Under the pieces are notes generated by a model. It did not search any database and was not told the DNA's origin. It saw only the letters and a list, made by a program, of their open reading frames with translations. Both the position numbers and the translations under genes were made by a program. 64,000 nt of DNA from Eledone cirrhosa. Taxonomy: Eukaryota. The stretch is from the NCBI GenBank assembly GCA_964016885.1, contig OZ024745.1, forward strand, positions 42,594,001-42,658,000, written 5' to 3'. Shown in pieces: positions 1 through 15,242 of the stretch; within the stretch, counting starts at the first letter, position 1, and the number at the start of each line of letters is the position of its first letter.

Positions 1-1850
1 CAACAACGACAGCAACAGCAAGGCCTTCAATAACAATAATAACAACAACGACAGCAACAGCAAGACTTTCAATAACAACAATAACAACAACGACAGCAAC
101 AGCAAGACTTTCAATAACAACAATAACAACAACGACAGCAACAGCAAGACCTTCAATAACAACAATAACAACAACGACAGCAACAGCAAGACCTTCAATA
201 ACAACAATAACAACAACGACAGCAACAGCAAGACCTTCAATAACAACAACAACAACAGCAACAGCAAGACTTTCAATAACAACAATAACAACAACGACAG
301 CAACAGCAAGGCCTTCAATAACAACAATAACAACAACGACAGCAGGACCTTCAATAACAACAATAACAACAATGACAGCAACAGCAAGGCCTTCAATAAC
401 AACAATAACAACAACGACAGCAACAGCAAGGCCTTCAATAACAACAATAACAACAACGACAGCAACAGCAATACCTTCAATATCAACAATAACAACAACG
501 ACAGCAACAGCAAGACCTTCAATAACAACAATAACAACAACGACAGCAACAGCAAGACCTTCAATAACAACAATAACAACAACGACAGCAACAGCAAGAC
601 CTTCAATAACAACAATAACAACAACGACAGCAACAGCAAGACCTTCAATAACAACAATAACAACAACGACAGCAACAGCAAGACCTTCAATAACAACAAT
701 AACAACAACGACAGCAACAGCAAGGCCTTCAATAACAACAATAACAACAACGACAGCAACAGCAATACCTTCAATATCAACAATAACAACAACGACAGCA
801 ACAGCAAGACCTTCAATAACAACAATAACAACAACGACAGCAACAGCAAGGCCTTCAATAACAACAATAACAACAACGACAGCAACAGCAATACCTTCAA
901 TATCAACAATAACAACAACGACAGCAACAGCAATACCTTCAATAACAACAATAACAACAACGACAGCAACAGCACGACCTTCAATAACAACAATAACAAC
1001 AACGACAGCAACAGCAAGACCTTCAATAACAACAATAACAACAGCAACAGGAAGACCTTCAATAACAATAATAACAACAATAACAGCAACAGGAAGACCT
1101 TCAATAACAACAATAACAACAACGACAGCAACACCCAGACCTTCAATAACAACAATAACAACAACGACAGCAACAGCAAGACCTTCAATAACAACAATAA
1201 CAACAACGACAGCAACAGCAATACCTTCAATATCAACAATAACAACAACGACAGCAACAGCAAGACCTTCAATAACAACAATAACAACAACGACAGCAAC
1301 AGCAAGACCTTCAATAACAACAATAACAACAACAACAGCAACAGCAAGGTCTTCAATAACAACAATAACCACAACGACAGCAACAGCAAGGTCTTCAATA
1401 ACAACAATAACAACAACGACAACAACAGTAAGACCTTCAATAACAACAATAACAACAACGACAGCAACAGTAAGACCTTCAATAACAACAATAACAACAA
1501 CGACAGCAACAGCAAGACCTTCAATAACAACAATAACAACAACAACAGCAACAGCAAGACCTTCAATAACAACAATAACCACAACGACAACAACAACAAG
1601 ACCTTCAATAACAACAATAACAACAACGACAGCAACAGCAAGACCTTCAATAACAACAATAACAACAACAACAGCAACAACAAGACCTTCAATAACAACA
1701 ATAACAACAACAACAGCAACAGCAACACCTTCAATAACAACAATAACAACAACGACAGCAACAGCAAGACCTTCAATAACAACAATAACATCAACACTAT
1801 TAATAACAACAATAACAACAACGACAGCAACATCATCAATAACAAAATAA
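1..1850 (+). repeat. 45-bp minisatellite (about 40 units, runs off the window start); reads as mucin-like TTTTATARPSITTIT in one frame
   Basis: Unit ACAACAACGACAGCAACAGCAAGACCTTCAATAACAACAATAACA repeats in tandem. It grades into degenerate (AAC)n sequence to about 2220. Confidence 0.95.
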
Positions 1851-2221
1851 GAACAACAATAACAACTACTACAACAAGAGCAGCAACATTTCAATAACAA
1901 CAATTACAACAATAACAACGGTTTCAATAACAACAACAACAGCAACTGCAGCAACGTCTTCAATAACAACAGCGGCAATTACAACAACAACAATAATAAC
2001 TCCAGTATAAATTAGATTTGAAAATATAAACAACAACAACTACAACGACGAAGACAATGACGACAACAATAACAACATCATCAATAAAAACAACAACAAC
2101 GTTAGACCCAATATTAGAAGCAGAATTAGTAACAATAACTACAACAATAACTACAAGAACGACTGTAACAACAACGATGACTGGGGGGGGGGGATAATAA
2201 CAACAACATTTATAACAAAAA

Positions 2222-2943
2222 CTAGACATGCGCTGAGGCTGCGGCATCTCCAGATATTCTGCCTAAACGGTGAACAGGTGTGGTCGTCGTTTCTCAGACG
2301 AGCCTTTCCGCAGCTCGGCTCTTTGACTGAGCTGCAGTCCTGGGTGTCTGGCATCTGGAATATTGCCAGGCACTCACTGCCCTCTACCAAGCGGGAAATG
2401 AGGTCAGTGGAACTTCCACTCTCGAGTTCTATAGAGGATTAGTGGTGGGCAAGTGCGACGACGCACTCGGAGAGGCTCTGGTCGTCGACGATGTCGAACT
2501 GACCAGTCTGTTCCGGAGGACATTCGAGCCGGGGATGATGGATAACTTCCAGAAATCCCTCGCTTGGCAGTGCTACCGGGGGGCACTGCCAATTGGAGAT
2601 AAAATCTACAGTGACGGAAGTGCTCTCAGATGGACCTGCCCGAGATGCGCGCAGAGCAACGAAACCGTTCTGCACGCACTCGTCCAGTGTCCATGCATTA
2701 CTGACTTGTGGAATTATGTCAAACAGCTGTTGTCGCGTGTGGAACGGATCCAGCTATCGGTCGAGTCCATAGTCCAGGATTGGTAGGGTACCTGAGTCAG
2801 CCCTATTGTGGAACTTCTGTCGATTATAATTTTCTTGTTTATTGTTATTGTTTTCATTTTTTTACTCGATTTTTATGTAAAAGCCCCACTGTGGCCGTCT
2901 GTTGTATTGTCGTCCCCTTCGGCCCTTGTGGCCAATAAATAAA
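2222..2943 (+). mobile_element. 3' fragment of a Tx1/L1-group non-LTR retrotransposon (zf-RVT-like C-terminus plus 3' UTR)
   Basis: GC-richer island. ORF 2442-2786 has SLAWQCYRGALP...CPRCAQSNETVLHALVQCPCITDLW (CxxC-E-H-C zinc-binding motif following RT). The region ends in AATAAATAAAA. Confidence 0.8.
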
Positions 2944-2959
2944 ACAATTAATATCAACA

Positions 2960-3006
<47 letters not shown>

Positions 3007-3009
3007 GTT

Positions 3010-3044
<35 letters not shown>
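2960..3044. repeat. (CTA)n microsatellite
   Basis: Direct inspection. Confidence 0.95.
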
Positions 3045-3254
3045 AAAATTATGAAAAATATATTTTCGCAATTTTTTTTATTTCTATTCAAATTACAATA
3101 ACTAACTAATCAACATTATTTTTTTCATATTGCTTTTCAGTGTATTGTGATTAAAATTATTTCCCGGCCAAATATTCCACACCTAGTTATGGTGAAAGTT
3201 TGCAAACATTCTCTGGTAACATAGAATTGAAAGGATTAACGAAGTAGTGAATAA

Positions 3255-4775
3255 TAATAAACAAAACTAAATATGACTACAAAATAGACAGAAAAACCAT
3301 ATAATCATCTGTTTTATATGGATGACTTGAAATTGTATGTCAAAAATGACCGCGAATTGGAAGGACTGCTGAGACAGTTAAGGTGTTCAGCGATAATATA
3401 GGGATGGGGTTTGGATTGGGAAAATGCGTCAAAGGAACATTCAAGAAAGGCAGAATGACAATCACAAACTCAATAGAAATAGATGTGAATACAATAATTA
3501 AGGAACCAGAACAGATACAAACCAACAGATATCTACGGATCAATGGAGGCCAAGGTGTTCACTCCAACATGAAAGAGAGAATCAGGAAGGAATACTACCT
3601 GATGATACGTGTTATCTGGAAAACAGCTCAACTAAACAAATAAAAATATTTGCCGTAAAGGAGGTTGCAATCCCAGTTGTCACCTGCAGTTTCAATATCA
3701 TAAATCGGAAATAAAGAAAATGGACACCAAAATCAGGAAATTTCTGAGCTGTAATAAACTACATCACCCAAAAGCAGATGTGGATTACCTCTATTTCCAT
3801 TGACAAAATGGAGGTCGAGGAATGATCCAGGTTGAGATGTCATGTAAAATATCAACCATTGGACTCGAACAATACCTTAAAACTACAGATGACTGGATGC
3901 TGAAAATGGTTGCAGATCACGAAAGGATGAAGAAGTTACATTCAATCACAAAGGAAAGTAGGAAGTTTGCGAAAAATTTGGAAAGAACATAAAAATGTTG
4001 ATAAAACTTGATGGTTAACAGAGGCTGTGCACTAAATGGGAGCAAAGCCCGCTGCATAGGTAGTATGTTCTGCGTAACAAAGAACCTGATGTAGATCAAA
4101 CTCTCATCCATCAATAGATGCGAAGTTCTTGGCTAAGAGCAAACAGTGAGGGCTTCATTTTGGCTTCATTTTGGCTGCAAAAAAATAGTGACTTTTAACG
4201 CCCAACTTTCAAGCTAATGTGATCATAAATGGAACTGACTTAAAGTGACGATTCTGTGAAGAGCATGTTGAGACTATTGATCACCTGGTTTCAGGCTGCA
4301 AAATATTAGCTCTTTAGCTCTACAGTAATATAAAACAATGGCAATATTTTCAGTCTAATACGCAGGCTTTATAGTATAAAAATAGAGGGAAAAGGGTACA
4401 ACCATCACCCATATGCAGTAACAGGGGCGCGAATGTAACAATCCTATGGGACTTCCCTGTGAACATCGACAGAACGATCAAGGCCAATAGATCTGATATA
4501 ATTGTGAAGAACCATAAAAAGAAAACATGCTTCTTAATTGAAAGAGCATTCCATCAGATTGCAACATCTCCTTGAAAGAGTTCCGAAAGCTCATTAAATA
4601 TAAAAATCTGACAATTGAAATTGAGAAAATGTGACATCGTAAAGCCAGTGACAATCGGTGCACTTGGAATGAGAAAAAAGGGAACTGAAAAATATTTGGA
4701 CCAGATACCCGGAAAGCTATCTCTGCAAGAGATACGGAAAATAATGCTAACTGGTACTGTCCATGTCCTGACATT
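3255..4775 (+). mobile_element. Degenerate R4/Dong-like (restriction-like endonuclease) non-LTR retrotransposon, 5'-truncated
   Basis: The RT motif HLFYMDDLKLY is at about 3306. The CRFC..HVETIDHLVSGCKILA zinc knuckle is at about 4245. ILWDFPVNIDRTIKANRSDIIV (RLE) is at about 4441, and the C-terminus reads VTIGALG...EIRKIMLTGTVHVL. Multiple stops and frameshifts are present. Confidence 0.85.
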
Positions 4776-4944
4776 TACTGTTGTGCATGCATCATTTGTA
4801 TGACAATTAATGTAAGATGTGAGTATTACTAAATTTTGCTTCAAGTGTCAAGTTGGCACTAGGTATAATATAGGAAAGAAGCAGAATTCAAAGGAAGTTC
4901 AAATAATAATATAAAAATAATAATGTGCAAATATAAACAGGAAA

Positions 4945-5460
4945 TCCTTACGGAGTCGATAAAATAAAGCACCAGCAATGCACTGGGGTCGATTTAATCG
5001 ACTTTCCCTTCCCCCTCAAATTGCTGGCCTTGTGCATAAAGGAGAAACAATTATTATTATTACTTATAAAATAAAGTACCAGTAATACACTGGGTATTTG
5101 CTGGCCTTGTGCCAAAAGTAGAAACAATTATTACTTATTATTATTACGTGGTCGATAAAATAAAGTACCAGTAATGTACTGGGTAATTTCTGGCATTGTG
5201 CCAAAAGTAGAAACAATTATTACTGTTACTACTATAGCGGTGGATTGGCAGGATCGTGGGGCATCGGACAAACTGCTTTACGGTATTTAGTTGTGACTTT
5301 CTACGTTTTTGGTTCTAATCTCGGCAAGGTTAACTTTGTCCTTCATCCTTTTGGGGTCGAGAAAATAAAGTGTGTGTGTGTGGGGGGGGGAGGTCGATAT
5401 AATCAACTTTCCTCTTCACCCAAATTGCTAGCCTTGTACCAATGCTAGAAAGAATTGTTA
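4945..5460 (+). mobile_element. Cluster of partial and near-full tRNA-derived octopus-type SINE copies
   Basis: Repeated GTCGATAAAATAAAGTACCAGTAATGCACTGGG...GCTGGCCTTGTGCCAAAAGTAGAAACAAT. The head GGTGGATTGGCAG is at about 5239. Confidence 0.8.
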
Positions 5461-6227
5461 GTGTATCAAAATTTATGCATTTGTAATATGTCATTAGCAG
5501 ACATCAACATTAACACAGGTTGACATGTCTCTGGACTTCAACAGATACAAACATGTTATATTCTGAATGTTAATTGGCCATAATTAATTCTGTCCTCATA
5601 TATTCACATGTTCAATAAGCTTAACGCCAGGACTTCGTTTGCTTGAATTCCGAACAAGCTACTTCTTCTGTAGTCGCAGAATAGAAACAAAGAAATTCTC
5701 ATGTACAGACAATTTTACGGGACAAGTGAAAGTATCTAAGACAATATATAATACAGAAAGTGGCGGAATTTACTGATATGTTATAGCAATGAAATTTACA
5801 GTGTTTTATTTTGTTTCCATATATTCTATGTTCGAATCATGATGCTTCATACATTGCGTCTTATTCCTGCTATCGATAAGATATTGATTAGTAATACATC
5901 GCGTTTAATTTACTTGGGTAAAGATTAATCAATTTGAAATTCTTTGCAGAATAACTAAAGATACTGGCTCCTGTAGAACCAAGACGCTCGATGAGCTCTT
6001 ATTTGTCTAACTAATTATGATAGAGAAAACTTCACTTTTATAAAGCGACAACATCACACAAAAAACAAATTAGACAACGATGATCTACAACGTTGTATTT
6101 ATGATTTATGAATTTTATATCATCACTTTTCCAAATAAACTACAAGAAACTCGTACAAAAATCCGACAAATTAATACCATAAAAATGTTTAAATAGAACA
6201 CAGTCGTGTTTCTATATATATATATAT

Positions 6228-6878
6228 AGCTGCCACTTCTTTACAGAAGATGGCCATCTCGTCAACGAATTCCCTGCTATTATGAACCACCGCCAACTGC
6301 AGGCTGCTGGCCAGTTTGATGACAGGCTTTGTTTAGGCCACCTTTTTAGACCTTTCTCATGAGGTTTAGGTGAATAGTGCGTCCCCAAAAAGGGCTGCTC
6401 AGCCGCTCAAGACTTCACCGAAGCATGTTGTTGTTCAGGATAACAGTGCAGCGACGTTAGATTGGAGCCACCTAACTGCACATTTTTTACTATGTGCTTC
6501 TAAAAGGTCAAGTCAGCACACGATGCCATTCTTTCATCGCTGTAGGACTTGAGAAGAAATATCTGCCCATAAAGGCGGCAATGCTACGTGCTTGTGCTAC
6601 ACACATAGCACCCACTCCATCCTGCACTATGTGTCCAGTGACAACACAAGGCAAGATAACAGGACAGTTAAGAAGATCGGATGTGTTATTGTCATGAGTT
6701 TAACTTCTCCAGGGGTGTAACCGTACTCAGCACGCTTGACCAATTGTAAGTTGGTGAAGCTATTTAATCCATAGTTTTTGTGCTGCTGCGTTTCCAATTA
6801 CCCTCCTCTCCAGACCAGGATCTGAAGGGGGGGGGGGTTTAGTCGCCGACTACCTGACCACCTGACCATGAAAACCCT

Positions 6879-6880
<2 letters not shown>
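6228..6880 (-). mobile_element. Retroelement-derived fragment (RTE-like, family uncertain) flanked by (TA)n
   Basis: GC-richer island. It shares end motifs (GCTGCCA...TGGCCA and TTTAGTCGCC...GACCATGA) with the 13010-13600 element. Confidence 0.45.
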
Positions 6881-6926
<46 letters not shown>

Positions 6927-7188
6927 ATACCACTAGGTGTTATTATACCACTAGGTGTTATTATACCACTAGGTGTTATTACACCACACTTATGGGTATG
7001 TGCGTATATAAACCATGATAACCCTCACTAGGTATTGGTGAACCAGAAGCTACAATAGAAGAGACCAAGGAATTGCGCTGTGGAATCGAACCCAGATCCA
7101 TATGGTTGTGAAGCGAACATTTTAACTGAAGTCATGCCTGCGCGTGTATGTATGAATGTACACATTTATGCATATATATATAATATTC

Positions 7189-7226
<38 letters not shown>

Positions 7227-7606
7227 ATGCACGTACGTATGTATGTGCGTAAGTTTGTGCTTGTACGTGTGCATGTTTGTAATATATAAGTTTACAAAGT
7301 TTTTTTTTTTAAGACCAGCAGTAGACATTGTGTGTCAGTGATTCTGAATAGAAAATTTTACTCTCAAATAGAAAATTGAAAATATTTCATGAACCCGAAA
7401 TAAGTACTTTAACACTTGAGTAAGACTGTCCGATTATTATCGGATGGAAGACATTGATTTTATTGATAAAACTTTTGCAGCTCATCATTAGATCAATCGC
7501 TTCAGTTAAATGTGTGTGGGCGTGTGCTTATATGTGTGTTGTATGAGCTTGCGTATGCGAGTATGCATAATATAAAATAATATAATATAATATAATATAA
7601 TATATA

Positions 7607-7658
<52 letters not shown>

Positions 7659-8229
7659 CATTTTAACAAAAGGTTATTAAACAAATTTCTTTCATTTGCT
7701 TTTACCAATGAGGTCGTCCACATCTAAACAAAATATTTTCAATGAATGCTCCCTATTGTCCGGGATTTGAATCTCACCACCGCCATTTCAAAGCTGTCGT
7801 CTGCCCTTCAATTTCTTTTGAAAAAATAAATAGTTCTTTCATCAGATCCTATTTCTATTTTCTTATTGAAAGTTTTAAGTCATTTCTTCACTGAAAGCCT
7901 TTGGACACAGGAATCTTTTTAAAGTCAATCGTGTTTAAACAAAACCGAAAAATCTAAGAAAGGAAGAAAACATGAGAATAAAGAAACTTAATTTTGTCTC
8001 TTGATCGCTTTTGTCATTTTATTTTTTATTTTTACTCCTTTTACTGCTCATTCAGTCTTTTTATTCATTGATTCTATTTAATGCATTCGCTTATTTAATA
8101 TTTCCTTCTTTTCATAAGTACACAAACTACACACGTTCACACACACACACACACACACACTCAATGCACACATACATATCTACATATGTATCTGTGTATA
8201 TATGCACGTATATATATATATATATATGA

Positions 8230-8273
<44 letters not shown>

Positions 8274-8959
8274 TTACCAAGCATTTCAAAGATTAAAACA
8301 TATTATGATATTATCTCCTCTGCCTTCCATAATCTCAAGCGACCGCCCCTTTATTTTGTTCATGTTTTCTTTTTAGAAAAATTCTCCAAAATGAATTTAC
8401 TTTATGTGGATGGCTTGATTCGTTTATTTTATTTTATTTTTCTCTAAATACCGAAGCAAGTTTATTGTTACTGTTTGGTATGGTTTATGTGCACAGAGTT
8501 GTGTTTTGAGCTTAAGTTGTTACCGTTTTTACTCTCAACCTCTTTCATTATTTATTTATTTTATTCTCGCCAAATTTATTTAGATTATATATTATTATTT
8601 TTTGCTTTTATTTTATCACATCATTATTTCTTAATTTTTTCTAAAGTCTTTATCATTTTTGTTCTTCCTTTCTAGACTTTTACTAGAGAGCTTGTTGTTT
8701 TTCCAACAGTTGAAAGTGTCACGCTAGCGTGACGGTTTCTCCGAACCGGGGACATCACTGAATGCAAATATATATATACCTAAAAAAGAAACAAAAACAA
8801 CGAACATTGGGATTACAAACTGAATATTTGTTCTTGCACTTGTTTTTGTTCATTCCATTTATGTAATTCGGAAGTACTTTCATTTAATCACTCTTTCAGC
8901 TTCCACCGTCACCAACACTGCTGTTAATAGCCATCTCAACTAACGCTTAACACGACCTA

Positions 8960-10698
8960 GACCACCACCAACACCACCACCACCACCTACAGCAACACCA
9001 CCACCTACACCAACATCACCACCTACACCAACACCACCACCACCACCACCACCACCACCACCATCAACACCACCACCACCACCAACATCACCACCAACAC
9101 CAACACCACCACCAACACCACCACCACCATCACCACCACCAACACCACCACCACAACCACCAACACCACCAACACCACCACCACAACCACCAACACCAAC
9201 ACCACCACCACCACCACCACCATCACCACCACCAACACCACCACCACAACCACCAACACCACCAACACCACCACCACCAACACCACCACCATCACCAACA
9301 CCAACACCACCACCACAACCACCAACGCCACCAACACCACCACCACCACCACCAACACCACCACCACCACCACCAACAACAACAACACCACCACCACCAC
9401 CAACACCACCACCACCAACACCACCACCACCACCACCACAACCACCACCACCACCACCACCACAATCACCATCACCACCACCACCAACTACCACCACCAC
9501 CATCACCACCACCACCAACACCACAACCACCACCACCACCACCACCAACACCACCACCACCACCACCACCACCACAATTACCACCACCACCAACAACAAC
9601 TACCAGCACCACCATCACCACCACCACCAACAACAACAACTACCAGCACCACCACCACCACCACCATCACCAACACCACCACCATCACCACCACAATCAC
9701 CACCACCACCAAAACCACCACCACCACCACCACCAACACCACCACCACCACCACCAACTACCACCACCACCATCACCACCACTACCACCACCACCACCAC
9801 CGCCACCACCACCACACCACCACCACCACCACACCACCACCACCACCACCACCACCACCACCAACACCACCACCACCACCACCACCACAATCACCACCAC
9901 CACCACTACCAACTACCACCACCACCATCACCACCACCACCACCACCACCACCACCGCCACCATCACCACCACCACCACCACCACCACAATCACCACCAC
10001 CACCAACACCAACACCAACACCACCACCACCACCAACATCACCACCACCACCTCTACCACCACCACCACCACCACCTCTACCACCACCACCACCACCACC
10101 TCTACCACCACTACCACCACCACCACCACCACCACCACCACCACCACCTTCACCACCACCACCTCTACCACCACCACCACCACCACCACCACCAACACCA
10201 CCAACACCACCACCACCACCACCACCACCAACACCACCACCACCACCATCACCTCCACCAACACCACCACCACCACCACCACCACCACCAACACCACCAC
10301 CACCACCAACACCACCACCAACACCACCACCACCAACACCACCACCACCAACAACAACACCACCACCACCAACACCACCACCACCACCACCAACACCACC
10401 ACCACCACCACCACCACCAACAACAACAACACCACCACCACCACCACCATCACCACCACCAACACCACCACCACCACCACATCACTACCACCAACACCAC
10501 CACCACCAACACCACCACCACCACCACCAACACCACCACCACCATCACCATCACTACCACCAACACCACCACCACCACCATCACCACCACCAACACCACC
10601 ACCACCACCATCACCACCACCAACACCACCATCATCATCCTTATCAATATTATTACCATCATCATCATTATCATAATTATCATCATCATCATCAGTGC

Positions 10699-10736
<38 letters not shown>

Positions 10737-11380
10737 ACAACATCATCATTAGCATCAATATCAACATCAACAACTTCATGATTATCACTATCATCATCAT
10801 CATCAACATCAACATCACTATCAACAGCAACAACAACAACAACAACAACAGCAACAACAACAACAGCAGCAGCAGCAACAACAACAACAACAACAACACT
10901 ATCCACAACAACAACAACATCGCTCCTTAGAAAACATGGTGTTGCCAATTAGTGTTCGTCTTGTTTTATTGACTAGTTTCGCCATTGTGACTGCTTCAGT
11001 TGTTGTTGTTGTTGATATTGTTGTTGTTGTTGTTGTTGTGGTTGTTATTGCTGTCGTAGATATTGTTGTGGTTGTTGTGGGTGTTGTTGTTGTTGTTATT
11101 GCAGTTGTTGTTGGGGTTGTTGTCATAGTTGTTGTTGCGGTTGTTGTTGCTGTCGTAGATAGTGTTGTGGTTGTTGGTGTTGGTGGTGTTGTGGTGGTGT
11201 TGTGGTGGCGGTGGTGGTGGTGGTGGTGTTGTGGTTGGTGGTGGTGTAGTTGTTGTTGTTGTGGGTGGTGGTGTAGTTGTTGTTGGTGGTGATGGTGGTG
11301 GTGTTGTGTGGTGGTGGTGGTGGTGGTGGTTGTGGTTATTGGTGTTGTTTTGGTTGTTTTTGTTGTCGTAAATGTTGTAG
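8960..11380. repeat. Compound trinucleotide low-complexity tract: (CCA)n/(CAA)n/(CAT)n, switching to (TTG)n/(TGG)n after about 10995
   Basis: Direct inspection. It is the source of the poly-V/G/T ORFs. Confidence 0.95.
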
Positions 11381-11489
11381 TTTTGTTGTTTATATTTTTT
11401 CTTGCATTTGAAAAATCAAAATGAAAATTGGAGGAAAAAAACAACAAAACAATAATTCAAAAGAAAACAAGGACAAAGACACACAGAAC

Positions 11490-11635
11490 TAAAATAAACT
11501 AAACTAAAATAAAATAAACTAAACTAAAATAAAATAAAATGAAATAAAATAAAATAAAATAAAATAAAATAACTAAAATAAAATAAAATAAAATAAAATA
11601 AAATAAAATAAAATAAAATAAAATAAAATAAAGTA
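11490..11635. repeat. (AAAAT)n pentanucleotide microsatellite
   Basis: Direct inspection. Confidence 0.95.
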
Positions 11636-11959
11636 ATAAGAAGCATTAAACAGAAAACAAAGCAGAGCTGAAAGATGTTAATGAGAAAAAGGCGTATAGA
11701 CTTATTAGAGGATAAACCAAGCGCGGCATGATGTTCACTGTTGTGTAACCAACAGTGACTCCAAGACAAACAGGCGAGACAAAGAACATAGCAATATGAA
11801 AGGCAATAGAAACGAAGGCAACAAATAAATTAAACAATAAAAAAAGAAAAAGAAACAGAAAAAAAAACAAAGGCAGCAAGAAATTTTTTTTTTTAATTCA
11901 CAAACAAAATATCAACAAAAATTAACGCATCGAAACCGATGTAAAAATAAAATAAAATA

Positions 11960-12005
<46 letters not shown>

Positions 12006-12086
12006 TTTGAATTTAAAAACGTATAAGAATAATGAATATATGTGTGTGTGCATCTATATGTATAAATACATATATGTGTGTATATG

Positions 12087-12136
<50 letters not shown>

Positions 12137-12776
12137 TACATATATATAGATACATTCATATATGTTTTTATACATATGTACGCATATATACATATATAAA
12201 TATATGTATGTGAATATATGTGTATGATAAATCTAAATATTTCGAACTATATAGCTATCCAATAAATATATTATGTATATATGTATGTATATATATATAT
12301 ATATATATACATACATACATACATTCATACATTTATACATACATACATACATGCATACGTAGATATATAAAACGAAGGATAATCTAAAGAGAATAGGGGT
12401 CGTTAATATATGTCGAGTGTAAGAGATGTTTGTATAAGAGAGAGGTAGAGAGAGAGGGGGGGACGAGAAAGACTGTGTTTGTATGTGTATGTGTATGTAT
12501 GTGTGTGTGTATGTATATGTGTGTGTGTATGTATATGTGTGTGTGTCTAGGTGATGTAAGGTCAGGTGAAGTGGTAAGGAATTAAACGTTTCCATTCCGC
12601 ACGAGAGATGAAACAACAGCCGGCGTTTACTGACTTATTAAAGGCCGGCCTGGAACTAGTTCCAAATATATATACACACATTTGTGACATCTCCTGTCTC
12701 TCTCTATATATCTAAAGATAAATCAATAGAGTTATTTATCTATCTATCCACTTATCTATCGCTATACCCCCTTCTC

Positions 12777-13615
12777 ATACATACATACATACATACATAC
12801 ATACATACATACATACATACATACATACATACATACATACATACATACATGCATGCATGCATGCATACATACATACATACATACATACATACATACATAC
12901 ATACATACATACATACATACATACATGCATGCATGCATACATACATACATACATACATACATACATACATACATACATACATACATACATACATACATAC
13001 ATACATACATGGTGGCTGCCAACTCGTTTTCGAGTACGGCCACTACTTTATATCCATGTAGGAGAACCTCTACTGATGCGCTGAACGAGTGTGACTTTTT
13101 AGTCCAGCCAGCGACTTGAAAACTCTGGTACAAACACTACACTTGTGACAATTACTGACACATAGTGCTGGGCCCATTGTACCCTGTGATGACAAGTGCA
13201 GAGAGATCTCCAGATATAAAGCAATGCCTGTGCCGTGAAGCTTTTATAGGGAGCAAAGGCACTGCACAAAGCCAGTCCCACTCTCTTAACCAAGATGATA
13301 TTTACCAAAAAGAAGAACAAGTCAACATCATTGGATAGCATCAGGGCTGCAGGTGTTATATCAGAGTTTTCCTTCTCCTAGAATTCTGCCTTGACAAAGG
13401 CTAAGGGGTCATCTCTCCCGGTGATTTTGGATGGCCATTGACTCTTAAGAGCTCCTTTGCCCTTTGACAGGTTTTGTTTTTAGTCCTGCAGGATGTCCAA
13501 AGTCACCCTCCTCACCAAGAAACCTTGGTGGGGTTGTCAGTTTAGTCGCCAACGACCCGACCATGAGACAGGTTGTACTGGGATACATGTTACCAGTAGC
13601 ACATACATACATACA

Positions 13616-13649
<34 letters not shown>

Positions 13650-14395
13650 CAGTCATACATACAGTCATACATACATACATTCATACATTCATACAGTCAT
13701 ACATACATACAGTCATACATACATTCATACATACATACATACATACATACATGCATACAGTCATACATACAGTCATACATACATACATACAGTCATACAT
13801 ACATACATACATACATACATACAGTCATACATACAGTCATACATAGTCATACATACATACATACATACAGTCATACATACATACATACAGTCATACATAC
13901 AGTCATACATACATACATACATACATACATACATACATACATACATACAGTCATACATACAGTCATACATACATACATACAGTCATACATACATACATAC
14001 ATACAGTCATACATACAGTTATACATACAGTCATACATACATACATACATACAGTCATACATACATACATACAGTCATACATACAGTCATACAGTCATAC
14101 ATACAGTCATACATACATACATACATACATACATACATACATACATACATACATAGTCATACATACATACAGTCATACATACAGTCATACATACATACAT
14201 ACAGTCATACATACATACAGTCATACATACAGTCATACATACATACATACAGTCATACAGTCATACATACATACATACAGTCATACATACAGTCATACAT
14301 ACATACATACATACATACATACATACAGTCATACATACATACATACATACATACATACATACATACATACATACAGTCATGCATACATACAGTCA
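12777..14395. repeat. (CATA)n and (CATACATACAGT)n tracts interrupted by an insertion at 13010-13600
   Basis: Direct inspection. Confidence 0.95.
13010..13600 (-). mobile_element. Non-coding interspersed repeat (RTE-like non-autonomous element) inside (CATA)n
   Basis: A highly similar second copy lies at 41125-41533, also bordered by (CATA)n. Orientation and family are inferred. Confidence 0.65.
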
Positions 14396-14423
14396 TATCT
14401 GACAATTTCTGTATATAGCTTTA

Positions 14424-14780
14424 GAGAGAGGGCGAGGAGAGGGAGAGGGGGTGAGAGGGAGAGAAAGAAAGGGTGAGAGGAGGAGACAGAAGGGGTGAGA
14501 GGGGGAGAGAAAGAGGGGTGAGAGGAGGAGAGGGGAAGGGATGAGAGGAGGAGAAAGAGGGGGCGAGAGGAAGAGAAAGAGGAAGTGAGAGGGAGAGAAA
14601 GAAGGGGTGAGAGGGAGAGAAAGAAGGGGTGAGAGGGAGAGAAAGAGGGAGTGAGAGGGAGAGAAAGAAGGGCGTGAGAGGGAGAGAAAGAAGGGGTGAG
14701 AGGGAGAGAAAGAGGGAGTGAGAGGGAGAGAAAGAAGGGCGTGACAGGGAGAGAAAGAAGGGCGTGAGAGGGAGAGAAAC
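14424..14780. repeat. About 22-bp purine-rich minisatellite (GAGAGGGAGAGAAAGAAGGGGT)
   Basis: Tandem units visible. Confidence 0.9.
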
Positions 14781-14819
14781 AGAATCTCAAATGTAGTCCT
14801 CTCAACGTAGATGACTATA

Positions 14820-15001
14820 ATAATTGTTTCTACTTTTGGCACAAGGCCAGCAATTATCCCAGTGTATTACTGGTGCTTTATTTTATCGACCCCGTAAGGA
14901 TGAAAGGCAAAGTGAACCTCAGCGGGATTTGAACTCAGACCATAAAGGGCCGTAACTCTAAAGCCTGGCGTCAGACCCTCTACCGATACTGCCAATCCAC
15001 A
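14820..15001 (-). mobile_element. tRNA-derived SINE
   Basis: Matches the recurrent SINE consensus and has a B-box-like GAGTTCAAATCCC on the minus strand. Confidence 0.85.
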
Positions 15002-15179
15002 CTATAATAATCAGCGATCACATTAAATATTCGTTGAGAAAATCGAGTGAAGTACGAATGGAGAGAGTAAAGATTGGAGAGAGGTGTCCGTTCACTTGTT
15101 TCCGTTGCGGGGGGCTACATTTCAAATTTCACATTTTTCCAATGTTTCACAAGTCAAACGTGTGTACGTACGCGCGCAC

Positions 15180-15238
<59 letters not shown>

Positions 15239-15242
15239 CATT

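Noticed and set aside
8712-8762. Palindrome GTCACGCTAGCGTGAC next to a hammerhead-like GAAACCGUC (minus strand)
   Set aside because: The core is too degenerate and there is no stem I; cannot be supported.
8940-11447. Long poly-Val/Gly/Thr ORFs
   Set aside because: Translations of trinucleotide repeats. The nearby acceptor-like site at about 8899 is followed by stops in all three plus-strand frames.
12545-12665. Microsatellite-flanked island with GAAACGUUUA (minus strand) and a terminal palindrome TGGAACTAGTTCCA
   Set aside because: Possibly a decayed member of the hammerhead element set, but the core and stems are not recoverable.
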